Positions 1-10,556 of a stretch of DNA of 64,000 nucleotides are shown here, piece after piece. Source of the stretch: Porphyridium purpureum (Eukaryota); contig VRMN01000003.1 of the NCBI GenBank assembly GCA_008690995.1, forward strand, positions 496,001 through 560,000, in the 5' to 3' direction. Below the pieces are notes generated by a model that did not search any database, was not told where the DNA came from, and was given only the letters and a program-made list of their open reading frames with translations. The translations under genes and the position numbers were made by a program. Position 1 is the stretch's first letter. Each line of letters begins with the position of its first letter.

Positions 1-536
1 GAAGCAATAAGCGCTGCCATGCTTCGTGATGACGAGCCCCTTCACCCGAGTTCCAACACGTATACCACAGAAGAATAGTTTCCTTCCAATGACCACACTA
101 AACCAGCCTTGGCTCTGTAAAGCTTTTCATGAATCCAACAAGGCCGAAAGCTCGCAAAGCTGACCTGCATGAGCGTTGCGCGACTGTATCCTGTGTGGCA
201 TGTGCATGCACAGTTGCGTGCGGGGAGAACCAGGCAGGCCTCACGGACAAAAGGCGTGGCGTTAGGTAGTCATATTTGCATGCATACAGCCAAAAAAAAG
301 AGGATGCGGCTGCTCTAGACCAACCAGCCACCCCTGTCATTGGGTCCATTCCACGGGGCTGGCTCGCACACCCGCGTTCTCCAAGCCTCGGAGGCCGACC
401 TGGTGCCACCCTCGCGACTTGGCGGCAAACATGGACTCTCACTTGTCGGTCTTCTCACTGTACCGCGTTGCGTCTGATCGTGACGCAAGCGCAAGTCGCT
501 GGTCGAAGATGAGATGTGCGGGATTCGGTGAAAAGC

Positions 537-3500
537 ATGAAAGTGAGATGGCTCATCATCGTTGTTTCTGCGGTATTTGCGGCTCTCGCACTGCTGCAGT
601 GGACGCATGTGCGCGAACACATCACCGTGCTGGGTCGGTCGGCGGACATTCCGCTCGCAGGCCCCGAAGCACATGCTCAAACTAGACGGCCTCGCACGGA
701 CAGCGATGTCGCGCGCGCGGTAGCTTCACGATCTGGAGAAGCAGGACATGTGGAACGGCGGGAGGCACGGAAGGAGCCACTGTCAGTGGACGAACTGGCC
801 AGGTTAGACGCTGAAGCACAAATTCAGCTGGACACACGGGAGTTACCGCCGCGATTCCTGGAACAACCGCCAGACACGTCCATTCGGATACGAGCGACCA
901 GCAACACATCGGCAGAAGGACCTGCAGATACCACGTGTACTAGCGATCAGCAGCTGAGTGAGTGGGGACCGTTTGCAGAATGGAATCGCGGACAGCATAA
1001 ACTGTTTGTAGTTGAGACATACTTGTTGCGGACAGCGTCGTCACCAAGCGACAGTGCCGATGGTTTGGCTAGCAAGACGGAACCAGTGGCCGTATCGCCC
1101 GCATTTATCATCAAGTATCGGGGCCCATTTCAGGCCAGCAATCATTCGTGGCTCAATGTGGGCCTTCCCTTTGAACTACACCTTTCAGAAGTCTCCGACG
1201 AGGATCGATCAAGGAATAATGCTAGTGTCACTTCGGTGATCCCCTGTCGAATCCAACCACCACCGCTACAGAAGGGAGATCCAGACAATGATTTTGAGAC
1301 TTGGTATTCTTACCGATGCGGAACCGTGTGGCTCGAGTCGTCATCACAAGATGTGAGGCTCAGTGCGAGACTTGCACTGCGCGATCTTCAGACACTGCAA
1401 TTGCTGGCCCGAGACTTTTTGGTGATGATGAATGCCGATCTAACGCTTTGCGAATGGGACGAACGCGTGGGTATTCTCCCACTACCAAAGAAGCGCGTCA
1501 AGTTTGGCTTGGCCACACTCATCAAGGCCGATTTTACACCTAAACTCAGCTTTGAAGAGATGGACCGTACCGTGCGTGATCGGCTTGCGGAGTGGATTGC
1601 GTACAACATCTACTTGGGATTCGAGTTCATATCCATTTATGTAGACGGAGAGTGCGACGCGTCTATACGAGACCTGTTGCGCCCATTCACTCTCGCGGGC
1701 GTAGCTCAGTGCACATCGACATATCGGGTGCATGTGCGCGAAGATCACGAGTACATGCCACGCGATCGGGTCAAGGCGTGGAGGGACGCAATCCGCCATC
1801 ACCAGCGCACTGTTTTTTCCATGCATGTCGAACGGTACCGGGAATACATTCAATACATGAGCTTTATGGATCCTGACGAGTTTCTAGTCATTTCGCAAAG
1901 GGTTCACTCGAGCGAATCAGACTGGAAAACAAAGCCGCCCTTGGCAAGCTTGGAGGATACTTGGAATGCGCACTACAAAAATGCGTGCTCGCTTCGCGCC
2001 ACTTGGATGTATCTGGAGCCCACTTACAATGGGACTGCGACTCTGACGCCATCGTCCAGTAGCAATGTTGCACCACTTTTGACCGAAATCTATACAACTC
2101 AGCGATACAAATACGCAAGGGGTCGCGGCAACAGCAAGGCAATCTTCATAGCCTCTGATGCGTCCAGCTACGTGAACCAGCATGGTCCCTTCGGCTTTTC
2201 TTCGAGTACACGAATTGAAAGGGATCTCAAACCGAAAGATGGCTACATTGCGCATTTGCGTTTCCCCAAAAATAAGAGAGGCATGGAGTTCAATTTGCTT
2301 CCCACGCCGGTCCTTGTTGAGGACTTGAAGCTCCTGAATACGCAGATCCGTTTGGTCCTGGAACATTTCAATGATACTTTTGCAGCAGTGCAACCACAGT
2401 CATTGAAAGCTAGTGCTGGCAAAGATTCTCTGGAGCTCTTGCCGAGCACCTCGAGTAGCGGCGCCTTTCTCGATCCTCTGCAAGCGAGCGACCGAGGCGC
2501 AGGCATCGAACTGTCTGTAAGTCATTTGGTGCAGAATGCCAGTACCAGTTATACCTTTTCTGCCGATCCATTCCGATTTCGAGACGACCTTTTCCATCAG
2601 ACAGTGATCAATCGCACCTCTATAAGAGTGCCATTTACGTCGGGTAGTACTGGAATGATGCAAACTGAGACACCGAGTATGCCTTGTATGAGTGCGCGTG
2701 AAGCAGCAGAAATGGAACCGCTCATGGTATGGGGAGAGGCAAGTGAGCACCAACGCGCAATCTTTTTATTGGACATGTACTTGGTACGAGTTCAGAACGA
2801 CACCAGGGTACGCACTGGAGACATGTCCGTTCATTTTCTCATCAAGTACAGGGGTCCCTTTCAGGACAGCCCATATTCTTGGTTGAACCAGGGCTTGCCT
2901 TTTCGCGTTGGCTTGGGAGTGCGCGGCGAAGAATCGCTAGCCTGTCACATAGATCCGCCACCGCTTGGCTACGACGGCGAGATCGAAGTCATGCACGAGA
3001 CCTGGTTCACCTACCACTGCGATTCATTTTCTTTTGCAGGTGAAGCGGGCACGTCGCACGTTGGAGTTCTTGTGAACGCCAGTCTATTTTTATCCGAGCT
3101 GGACTTGGCTTTTCTTTCGATGCTCGAGCCGACTTTGTGGATGACCAGGACAGCCAGAAACCTGTCAATCTGCGAGCACGCGAGCGCAGAATCTGCACGT
3201 TTTTCTCATCTTTCAAGTGAAGGCATGCCCAATGCTTTGGTCACGATGATTGCGCCTGAGTACCAGACGAATTCACAGGACAGTGTTCGGACACAGCCTT
3301 CGTCTCTTCAGCGGATTCCAGAGTGGCTTGCGTACCATTTGGACCTGGGTTTCGATTTGATCACTGTGTATGTAGATGACGGTGATCTGTCAGAGGTTGC
3401 GCGCCAGTTGGAAAGCTTTATACAGACGCAGCACGTGCGTCTAATGCCGTCTTTTCGAAACCATGTTTTGTCAGAGGTCGCGCCAACATGGCAGCGCATG

Positions 3501-4151
3501 AGCAATGTGACCGGAGAGGTGCTTCGGAAGCGGGACCATCAGCGGACGGTGTTCTCAGCGCATGTGGACCGTTATGGACTTGATCACGAGGTGATGATGT
3601 TCCTCGACGTGGACGAGTTTTTGTTCATCAACGCGACAGGTCTGGTTCTAAATACTGGGAAGTCATCGAAAGAGCTCGCTGGACATGAGAGAGCTCTAGA
3701 CTGGCTGATTGCAACGTATTTGCCCCCTCCAAGTCCCAGGGCCAAGATCCCGTGCCAAGTGCGTTTGCGGTGGTGGCATCACGAGATGAACTCGACGGAC
3801 CCTGACGCACCACTGCTGCAATCCATCACTGCACGGTATTCTCTCCGGAGGCAAGCACCGTGGGCGGCACAAAGAGGCACATCCAAGGCGTTGTTTCGAA
3901 CCAGACTAAGCACCTCGTACGCTAACCAGCATGGTGTGTACAAGTTTTCAACTCGACGCTGTACGACGCATCGATACGTTAATGCGGCGCGCGATGGATA
4001 TATCGCACACCTGCGACCGTCCAAGCAAGGCCCCGGCGCACTCACCCGCAACGCGCTCGAGGCATTCGACCATTCGGACTTTCTCCGCGCGGTCAAACGC
4101 GCGGCTGAGCATCACGGAATTCGCTCCAACAAGACCCAAAATGTACAGTGA
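537..4151 (+). CDS. Type II membrane glycosyltransferase-like protein with two tandem GT92/DUF23-like (GT-A) units
   Basis: N-terminal TM anchor (WLIIVVSAVFAALALL). Two copies of the GT92-like motifs: EWIAYNIYLGFEFISIYVD / EWLAYHLDLGFDLITVYVD and FMDPDEFL / FLDVDEFL. First ATG is at 537 (track start 516 is GTG). Confidence 0.75.
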   Translation: MKVRWLIIVVSAVFAALALLQWTHVREHITVLGRSADIPLAGPEAHAQTRRPRTDSDVARAVASRSGEAGHVERREARKEPLSVDELARLDAEAQIQLDTRELPPRFLEQPPDTSIRIRATSNTSAEGPADTTCTSDQQLSEWGPFAEWNRGQHKLFVVETYLLRTASSPSDSADGLASKTEPVAVSPAFIIKYRGPFQASNHSWLNVGLPFELHLSEVSDEDRSRNNASVTSVIPCRIQPPPLQKGDPDNDFETWYSYRCGTVWLESSSQDVRLSARLALRDLQTLQLLARDFLVMMNADLTLCEWDERVGILPLPKKRVKFGLATLIKADFTPKLSFEEMDRTVRDRLAEWIAYNIYLGFEFISIYVDGECDASIRDLLRPFTLAGVAQCTSTYRVHVREDHEYMPRDRVKAWRDAIRHHQRTVFSMHVERYREYIQYMSFMDPDEFLVISQRVHSSESDWKTKPPLASLEDTWNAHYKNACSLRATWMYLEPTYNGTATLTPSSSSNVAPLLTEIYTTQRYKYARGRGNSKAIFIASDASSYVNQHGPFGFSSSTRIERDLKPKDGYIAHLRFPKNKRGMEFNLLPTPVLVEDLKLLNTQIRLVLEHFNDTFAAVQPQSLKASAGKDSLELLPSTSSSGAFLDPLQASDRGAGIELSVSHLVQNASTSYTFSADPFRFRDDLFHQTVINRTSIRVPFTSGSTGMMQTETPSMPCMSAREAAEMEPLMVWGEASEHQRAIFLLDMYLVRVQNDTRVRTGDMSVHFLIKYRGPFQDSPYSWLNQGLPFRVGLGVRGEESLACHIDPPPLGYDGEIEVMHETWFTYHCDSFSFAGEAGTSHVGVLVNASLFLSELDLAFLSMLEPTLWMTRTARNLSICEHASAESARFSHLSSEGMPNALVTMIAPEYQTNSQDSVRTQPSSLQRIPEWLAYHLDLGFDLITVYVDDGDLSEVARQLESFIQTQHVRLMPSFRNHVLSEVAPTWQRMSNVTGEVLRKRDHQRTVFSAHVDRYGLDHEVMMFLDVDEFLFINATGLVLNTGKSSKELAGHERALDWLIATYLPPPSPRAKIPCQVRLRWWHHEMNSTDPDAPLLQSITARYSLRRQAPWAAQRGTSKALFRTRLSTSYANQHGVYKFSTRRCTTHRYVNAARDGYIAHLRPSKQGPGALTRNALEAFDHSDFLRAVKRAAEHHGIRSNKTQNVQ

Positions 4152-4301
4152 TGGTTGTGGGAAGTACAGTAAATGCTTAGGTGAAACAGCGAGTCGACTT
4201 GTAGCCGCGCAGCTGTCGGGTTGCGGAGCAACACGCGACACGCGCGACGACGAGCGGCGCGAAGCGACCGGAAACGTAAGTAACGCCTGATCCCAGCCGA
4301 T

Positions 4302-5585
4302 ATGAGCGCATACGATCCAGGCGATCGAGGTGGCGGATACTACTCCCGCCCGGCTGGTCGTTACAATGAGGTGTTTGACGGAAAGCAGTTGCGCAAGGCG
4401 GTGCAGCGCCGCACAATCGATTACAATGCAAGTTCGCTCAAGTGGTTGGTGGACCGCCCACGAAAGACGCGCGCGAGAGAGTACCCAAGCATTCTTCCAC
4501 GAACTGAGTATGCGCTGAATCTGTACCCGCCGAGCGCGCCGTGCATGAAGGCAAACTCGGTGACCAGTGTGTGCACCAAGTTTGTGCACAGCAGCGTGAA
4601 CAAGCCGCGATGTCCGATCAATTCGTGTGCGTGGACGCCAGAGGGAAAGAGACTCATTACCGGCGCAGCGACGGGAGAATTCACGCTGTGGCATGGCTTG
4701 ACATTCAACTTTGAAACAATTCTGCAGGCACATTCGTCGGCAGTGCGGGTGATTCAGTGGAGCCGAAACGCGTACTGGATGGTCACGGGAGATCAACAAG
4801 GCGTCATCAAGTACTGGCAAGGGAATATGAACAACCTCAAGGCATTTCAAGCCCATTCAGAGGCCATTCGTGACGTGAGCTTTTCGGCAACAGACCTCAA
4901 GTTTGCGACGTGCTCGGATGACGGTGTGATTAAAGTATGGGATTTCGAGCTCGTACAAGAGGAGAACGTTCTGAAGGGGCACGGATGGGACGTGCGGTGT
5001 GTTGACTGGCACCCGAGCTATCCGATTCTTGCGTCGGGATCAAAGGACGCACTTGTCAAGCTGTGGGATGCAAAGTCCGGCAAGTGCCTCACAACGCTGC
5101 ACGGACATAAGAATATGGTGGTCAAAACGCAGTGGAATCATAATGGGAACTGGTTGGTAACGGGTTCTCGGGACCAGCTGATCAAAATGTTTGATATACG
5201 CATGATGAAGGAGATCATGACATTCCGCGGGCACAAGAAAGAGGTGACCTCCTTGAGCTGGCATCCCGTGCACGAGGACCTTTTCGCATCTGGTGGATGG
5301 GACGGTGCATTGTACTTTTGGCAGGTGGGTCAGGATGAGCCAGTTGCTTGCGTGGCAAACGCCCACCAGTCGTCGATTTGGGACATCGATTGGCACCCGT
5401 GCGGCCACATGCTTGTATCCGCCAGTGGTGACCACACGACCAAGTTTTGGACGCGGAACCGGCCGGGCGAAGGGAAGGACATGATGAGCGACTTTAGTTA
5501 CGGAGATGCCACTGGCGCAGACAACCCCGGCGGCGCTGTGGGTGAGAGGAGACAAGATGGTCGCGAATTTGCCAACAGGTATTGA
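4302..5585 (+). CDS. WDR33: WD40 polyadenylation factor WDR33/Pfs2/FY
   Basis: FDGKQLRKAVQRRTIDY, TKFVHSSVNK, WTPEGKRLITG, FNFETILQAH, GHGWDVRCVDWHP and final TKFWTRNRPG are characteristic of the family. Confidence 0.95.
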   Translation: MSAYDPGDRGGGYYSRPAGRYNEVFDGKQLRKAVQRRTIDYNASSLKWLVDRPRKTRAREYPSILPRTEYALNLYPPSAPCMKANSVTSVCTKFVHSSVNKPRCPINSCAWTPEGKRLITGAATGEFTLWHGLTFNFETILQAHSSAVRVIQWSRNAYWMVTGDQQGVIKYWQGNMNNLKAFQAHSEAIRDVSFSATDLKFATCSDDGVIKVWDFELVQEENVLKGHGWDVRCVDWHPSYPILASGSKDALVKLWDAKSGKCLTTLHGHKNMVVKTQWNHNGNWLVTGSRDQLIKMFDIRMMKEIMTFRGHKKEVTSLSWHPVHEDLFASGGWDGALYFWQVGQDEPVACVANAHQSSIWDIDWHPCGHMLVSASGDHTTKFWTRNRPGEGKDMMSDFSYGDATGADNPGGAVGERRQDGREFANRY

Positions 5586-5617
5586 AATTACTCTCATGAT
5601 GTAACGTAAATATTTAA

Positions 5618-5635
5618 AGAGAGAGAGAGAGAGAG
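5618..5635. repeat. (AG)9 microsatellite between convergent genes
   Basis: agagagagagagagagag seen directly. Confidence 0.9.
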
Positions 5636-5840
5636 GACACATTCGGTGACCGAGAAGATCAAGTCGAAACTTTATCGCCCTACATACTATCTAGTCAAGA
5701 GCGACACGAGCTGTGTCGTTTGCTCGAAAGCACCTATTCGCCTCAAACGTTCAAAACACAGCCGCGCCTATCGCTTTCAATCCGCGTTTCCCGTTCTCAA
5801 AGAGCGGCGCTCACTGAGCAACGTCAAACTGCTTCGACAG

Positions 5841-6182
5841 TTACTGCTCCATTCCACGCAGCAGCTTGGCAATGGCCTTTTTGCGCTTGATGGAGGCGTT
5901 GAACTTTTGCTTCTGCAGGCTCGGCGGCTCGTAATACCTTCGGTTCCTGATCTCCATGAGATGACCCGACTTGAGCACCTCTCGCTTAAATCTACGAATA
6001 GCCATCTCGACGGGCTCGCCGTCGTTCACGTGCACGACGACGCGCACCATGTTCAACGCGGCCTTTCCGGCGCTGCGCACCGGCGCCGCGACGGGCGTCG
6101 GCAGGGCCGTCCCGCACACGCTCTGCGCCTTGGTCGCCGCCGACACCTTGGCTGCCGCCACACCCTGCACAAACGCCGCCAT
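5841..6182 (-). CDS. rps21: Nucleus-encoded plastid 30S ribosomal protein S21 with transit peptide
   Basis: MAAFV... Ala-rich transit peptide, then VHVNDGEPVEMAIRRFKREVLKSG...RRYYEPPS (bS21 signature). Confidence 0.9.
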   Translation of the reverse strand: MAAFVQGVAAAKVSAATKAQSVCGTALPTPVAAPVRSAGKAALNMVRVVVHVNDGEPVEMAIRRFKREVLKSGHLMEIRNRRYYEPPSLQKQKFNASIKRKKAIAKLLRGMEQ

Positions 6183-7221
6183 TCTGTCTCCAACGAGTAC
6201 CGCTACAGTTCCTCTCCCGTCCCCAGTCGTTGTCCCTCAACTTTCCGCTCTTTCGTCCTCTTTGTCATACGCCCTTCAACACTCCTCTAATCTACTAGCC
6301 TCCAACCAAGACTCTATCAAATTCCACCTCTTTCAATAGACGCCAGCTCTCAATCTCGTTCAAACCCTGGCGGCCGACGTGCTCCGTATCGCTCCCCCCG
6401 ACTTTTCCACGTCCCGCGCGACAACTGTACATTGAGCGCCAGCGATTCCATCATACAAAAAAACACCCCCAACAACCACGTCAAACCCTGAATCTAACCG
6501 AGCCCAACCCTCAACCTAACCGCGCCACCGCTGTACCGCTCGCTTGTGTAGCGTCAGGCATTCCACATCATCGCTGTACCTCTCTATTTATTTTTGCGTC
6601 TGTGCAGCCCGCGCTCTTTTTGTGTGCGTGCGGCACGGATTTCCGGCTCCGTGTGGCTGTGTGCCGTGTGCTGTACTGCGACAACGCGCGCACTTGCACA
6701 CAAGCAGCCAGGCCGTGTCCGCCTCCCGCTTCTCATACCAAAAAGGGGCTGTTTGAACAGACAGGCACGTCCGAGCGCGCGTGCGGGCTTTTTATTTTTT
6801 TGGTTTTTGGTTGCGCTCGTAGTGGGTTTCACCCAGACGTGAATACAAAGAACGCCCAGTAGTAGCAGTAGTAAGAAGAAGATGAGGTGGGCGTGCGGGT
6901 TTCTCATACTTTAAGTGTTTTGAGTTTTGGGGGTTCTGAGGAGTATGAGAGCCGGTCAGTCAAAGACGCAGAGCAGGAGTGGCGGCGTGCGGGAGCGTGA
7001 ATGTGAATCGGAGTGATATCGAACCGCGCCGCGAGAGAACAAGCTGACGCCGAGAGGTCAGGGAGCGCGCCCGCTTATCCCCCTCACCGTTTCTCAGCCC
7101 TGCTGCGCGACCGCACGGAGAAGGCTTGGATACGACGGAGCACGAGGGGCTGCGCGGCGTGGGAAGGGCGAGGTAAAGCGTTGGGGCGGAAGTGAAGGTA
7201 GGGCGCGGACGGCTGGGCATC

Positions 7222-8160
7222 ATGGCCGCGACAACGTTATCCAATGGGAATGTGGACGCATTCATGACCCAATTGATGGCGGAGAATTGCAAGCCTTTGG
7301 TCGAGGATGAGGTCAAGGCCTTGTGCGATCGCGCGCGCGAGATCCTCACCGAGGAATCGAATGTACAAGCCGTGGCGTGCCCCGTTACGGTCTGTGGCGA
7401 TATCCACGGACAGTTCCATGACTTGCTGGAGCTCTTCCGCATCGGCGGAACGTGTCCAGACACAAATTACCTTTTCATGGGCGACTATGTCGACCGCGGC
7501 TACTATTCGGTTGAGACCGTGACCGCGCTCGTGTGCCTCAAGGTGCGGTACCCGCATCGCGTGACGATTCTCCGCGGCAACCATGAGTCCCGTCAAATCA
7601 CGCAGGTATATGGCTTCTACGACGAGTGTCTGCGCAAATATGGAAACGCGAATGTGTGGAAGTACTTTACTGACATGTTTGACTATCTGCCACTGACAGC
7701 GCTGATCGAGAGCACGATCTTCTGTCTGCACGGTGGGCTCTCGCCATCGATTGACAATCTGGATCAGATTCGTGCGCTCGATCGCGTGCAGGAAGTCCCG
7801 CACGAGGGACCCATGTGCGACCTTTTGTGGTCTGACCCGGACGACCGCTGCGGGTGGGGTATCTCCCCTCGCGGTGCGGGCTACACGTTCGGGCAGGATA
7901 TCTCGGATCAGTTCAACCATCAAAACAACGTGACGCTCGTTGCGCGCGCTCACCAGCTGGTCATGGAAGGGTATAACTGGTGTCATGATCGAAATGTTGT
8001 CACAATCTTTTCGGCGCCAAACTATTGCTATCGCTGCGGAAACCAGGCGGCAATCATGGAACTCGATGAAAACAAGAACTACACCTTTTTGCAGTTTGAC
8101 CCGGCGCCGCGCCGTGGGGAGGATACAGTCTCAAAAAGGAGCCCCGATTACTTTTTGTGA
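7222..8160 (+). CDS. PP2A: Ser/Thr protein phosphatase 2A catalytic subunit
   Basis: [37 protein letters not shown]-terminal DYFL. ATG at 7222. Confidence 0.96.
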   Translation: MAATTLSNGNVDAFMTQLMAENCKPLVEDEVKALCDRAREILTEESNVQAVACPVTVCGDIHGQFHDLLELFRIGGTCPDTNYLFMGDYVDRGYYSVETVTALVCLKVRYPHRVTILRGNHESRQITQVYGFYDECLRKYGNANVWKYFTDMFDYLPLTALIESTIFCLHGGLSPSIDNLDQIRALDRVQEVPHEGPMCDLLWSDPDDRCGWGISPRGAGYTFGQDISDQFNHQNNVTLVARAHQLVMEGYNWCHDRNVVTIFSAPNYCYRCGNQAAIMELDENKNYTFLQFDPAPRRGEDTVSKRSPDYFL

Positions 8161-8467
8161 AACATGGTTTTCCGTTGCGTATCGCTTGTGGGGATGTCAG
8201 CATAGCGGCTGCACTGGTTTCGTGCTGCCCACGTTTCTTTTCACATTTTCGGGTCTACTTTTGTTCGAAAAGTTAGTTAGGTCTCTTCGTACCGCAGCTC
8301 GGATCTCTGTGAGCTGCTTTGCGTGAGAGCGTTATGACCGCAGCGTGCATCGCGAGCACTCCATAAAATGTGAAAAATTGTTTCCCCCGGATTCTCCCAG
8401 CTTGGTGGCACATTTCAAACGCATAGAAAATTGAAGGAACTTCCCCAGCCGGAAGAAGAAATAGACA

Positions 8468-9568
8468 TCACTTCTCGATTCTACTACACGTCCATGCAAC
8501 CTCGTGACCCGCGCGAATCGGAACAATCGCGCTGCCAAGCGGATGAACGGGCACTGAATCCGCTACAGACCGAGCCCGTTTGGCAAGCTTCATGCTGCCT
8601 TTGTTCGGTTCGAGTCCGTAAAACGCTGCGCCGTTCAGACTGCAGAACGCCTCGAGCTTTTCCAGCGCATTCACACTGTCAAATATTTCCGCGTACAGCT
8701 CCATGGCGCATGGAGCGCTGAAAACGCCCGCCGCACACCCTTCCTTCGGCGTGCTCTTGTCCTTTTCCAGGTGAGGCGCTGAATCTGTACCTAGGAAAAA
8801 GCGACCCTTCTCGTTGTGCTTGATAGCGTGCAGGAGCGCAGATCGGTGCTCCTCTGCTTTGAGGACAGGTAGGCAGTACATGTGCGGCCGAAGTCGGCTC
8901 CCTTCAAACAGTGCGGCACGCGTGTACATCAAATGATGACAAGTTAGCGTGCCCGCGATCCGATCCTCTGGAAAGTTGCTCACGAATTCTACCGCTTGCT
9001 TTGTGGTGCAATGCTCCAGAACGACGCGCAGCTTTGGCGCGGCCGCCATAAGGCCAGGTAGCGTCTGCTGCACAAAGTGCGCTTCGCGGTCGAAGGGGTC
9101 GACGTCTTTGGCGGTTGACTCGCCATGGATACAAAGCACAATGCCGCAGTCGGCCATGGCATTCAGCGCAGGATACAAGCCTTCGAGCGACGTCACACCC
9201 GCCGCCGAATTTGTTGTAGCACCGGCTGGGTAGAGCTTGTACGCCTTTACCACTTTCGAAGCAGCTGCCTCCCGCACCATCTCGGGAGTGGTTCCATCTG
9301 TCAAGTACAATGCCATGAGCGGCTCGAAACTTGGCGCATGAGGAACCTCACTTTGGCCACCATGGATTGCAGCCATGATGCGTTCCCGGTACGCAAGTGC
9401 GTCTCGCACCGTCCGCACGGGCGGGTTCAAGTTGGGCATGATCAGCGCGCGTCCAAATTGCGCGGCAGAGATGGGCGCGACGGCTTCTAGCATGGGTCCA
9501 TCACGCAGATGAAGATGAAAGTCATCTGGCGTGCGGATAATCAACGTGTGCTCCGCCCCTGTCTCCAT
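8468..9568 (-). CDS. pyrC: Dihydroorotase (homodimeric, E. coli/plant type)
   Basis: PDDFHLHLRDG, MPNL, KLYPAGATTNS, EHCTT, CLPVLK, FLGTDSAPH. First ATG is at 9568 (track start 9700 is TTG). Confidence 0.95.
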   Translation of the reverse strand: METGAEHTLIIRTPDDFHLHLRDGPMLEAVAPISAAQFGRALIMPNLNPPVRTVRDALAYRERIMAAIHGGQSEVPHAPSFEPLMALYLTDGTTPEMVREAAASKVVKAYKLYPAGATTNSAAGVTSLEGLYPALNAMADCGIVLCIHGESTAKDVDPFDREAHFVQQTLPGLMAAAPKLRVVLEHCTTKQAVEFVSNFPEDRIAGTLTCHHLMYTRAALFEGSRLRPHMYCLPVLKAEEHRSALLHAIKHNEKGRFFLGTDSAPHLEKDKSTPKEGCAAGVFSAPCAMELYAEIFDSVNALEKLEAFCSLNGAAFYGLEPNKGSMKLAKRARSVADSVPVHPLGSAIVPIRAGHEVAWTCSRIEK

Positions 9569-9783
9569 ACTTGATGTTAACTCCGCTTGGTTTGCGAACA
9601 AACTTTCATGCTCATCTCTTTCTCCAACCGGCGACACTCGGCATGCGGCAGGGGTGGCCTCAAAAAAGGTTTCTCGCGCAGCATGGCGCCACGGATGCAA
9701 AAGTGTTCAATTAGAGGCCAGTTTTAATTCTCTACTCATGAAGCAGGCGACAGTGTCCAACAGCCACGCGGCGGTGTGCGATC

Positions 9784-10200
9784 TCACAGATCCATGCTTC
9801 GCTTCAAGAAGTCCGGGAATGGGCCATACTTGCGCAGATCCGGTTGGTTGAAAGAGCCCTTGCCTCCCTTCATCTCCGCCTGTCTGCCGTCGCCGGATGG
9901 CCACGCAATGCCCATATCCGCGGGCTTTTGCGGCATGAACTTGCCCGAGCTGTAATCAAAAAGGGTGTCCTCGCTGTCGTCGCCGGCAAACGTCTGCAGC
10001 GTGACCATCTCCAGCTTGACACCTTTCTTTCCGTCAAAGGAGATCACAGGCGCCTTATTCTTGATGTTCTTTGGGTACGCGGCGTTCACCACGTCGGCCG
10101 CGGACGCCGCCATGCGCAGCTTGCTCTGGCTGGCGTTGCACACGGTGCGCAACGCCGGCGCGCTCGAGCTCCCCACCAATCCTCCCGTCACAAACGCCAT
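9784..10200 (-). CDS. LPP2: Plastid-targeted 138-aa protein, probable phycobilisome-PSII linker (LPP2/ApcG-like)
   Basis: MAFV transit peptide. C-terminal WPSGDGR...LRKYGPFPDFLK resembles, from memory, the C-terminus of cyanobacterial ApcG and red algal LPP2. Needs BLAST confirmation. Confidence 0.6.
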   Translation of the reverse strand: MAFVTGGLVGSSSAPALRTVCNASQSKLRMAASAADVVNAAYPKNIKNKAPVISFDGKKGVKLEMVTLQTFAGDDSEDTLFDYSSGKFMPQKPADMGIAWPSGDGRQAEMKGGKGSFNQPDLRKYGPFPDFLKRSMDL

Positions 10201-10556
10201 CTTCTCTGCGTCGCGGACTACACTTCCTTTCAGCGCACAAACGAGACACGCAACCCACCCACCTCTCACCCTCACGCTCTGGCGAATTCTCTCCCTCTTT
10301 CACCGCCTCTGCTCCCTCCTCCCTTGCACTCACTCGTCCAAACCAGGCAAACGTTGAACCAAGAAGAAAAAACCCTTGTTTGGTAGCGGAGGTCGTCGAG
10401 ATCACTCGAGATGCCCACTCGATCGAAATCGGATAACGGTTTATTGGTCCGCGGTACTGGGTGATGCACGGGTCGACCCGCTCAGACGATCAGACAGACT
10501 AGTGGACGCGGTCAGAGGGCGAAAGCAGCCATGAGCGCACGGAGCCAAGGTCTGGG

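Noticed and set aside
1..170. Minus-strand frame open to the window start (MQVSFASFRPCWIHEKLYRAK...)
   Set aside because: Too short and unrecognisable; needs the upstream window.
3948..4856. 302-aa minus ORF and similar antisense ORFs (7237-7986, 24045-24722, 27031-27783)
   Set aside because: They overlap well-supported genes on the opposite strand and show no family motifs.
8606..8620. GGTTCGAGTCC tRNA T-loop/B-box-like motif (similar at ~18632)
   Set aside because: Inside protein-coding genes, and no cloverleaf can be built.
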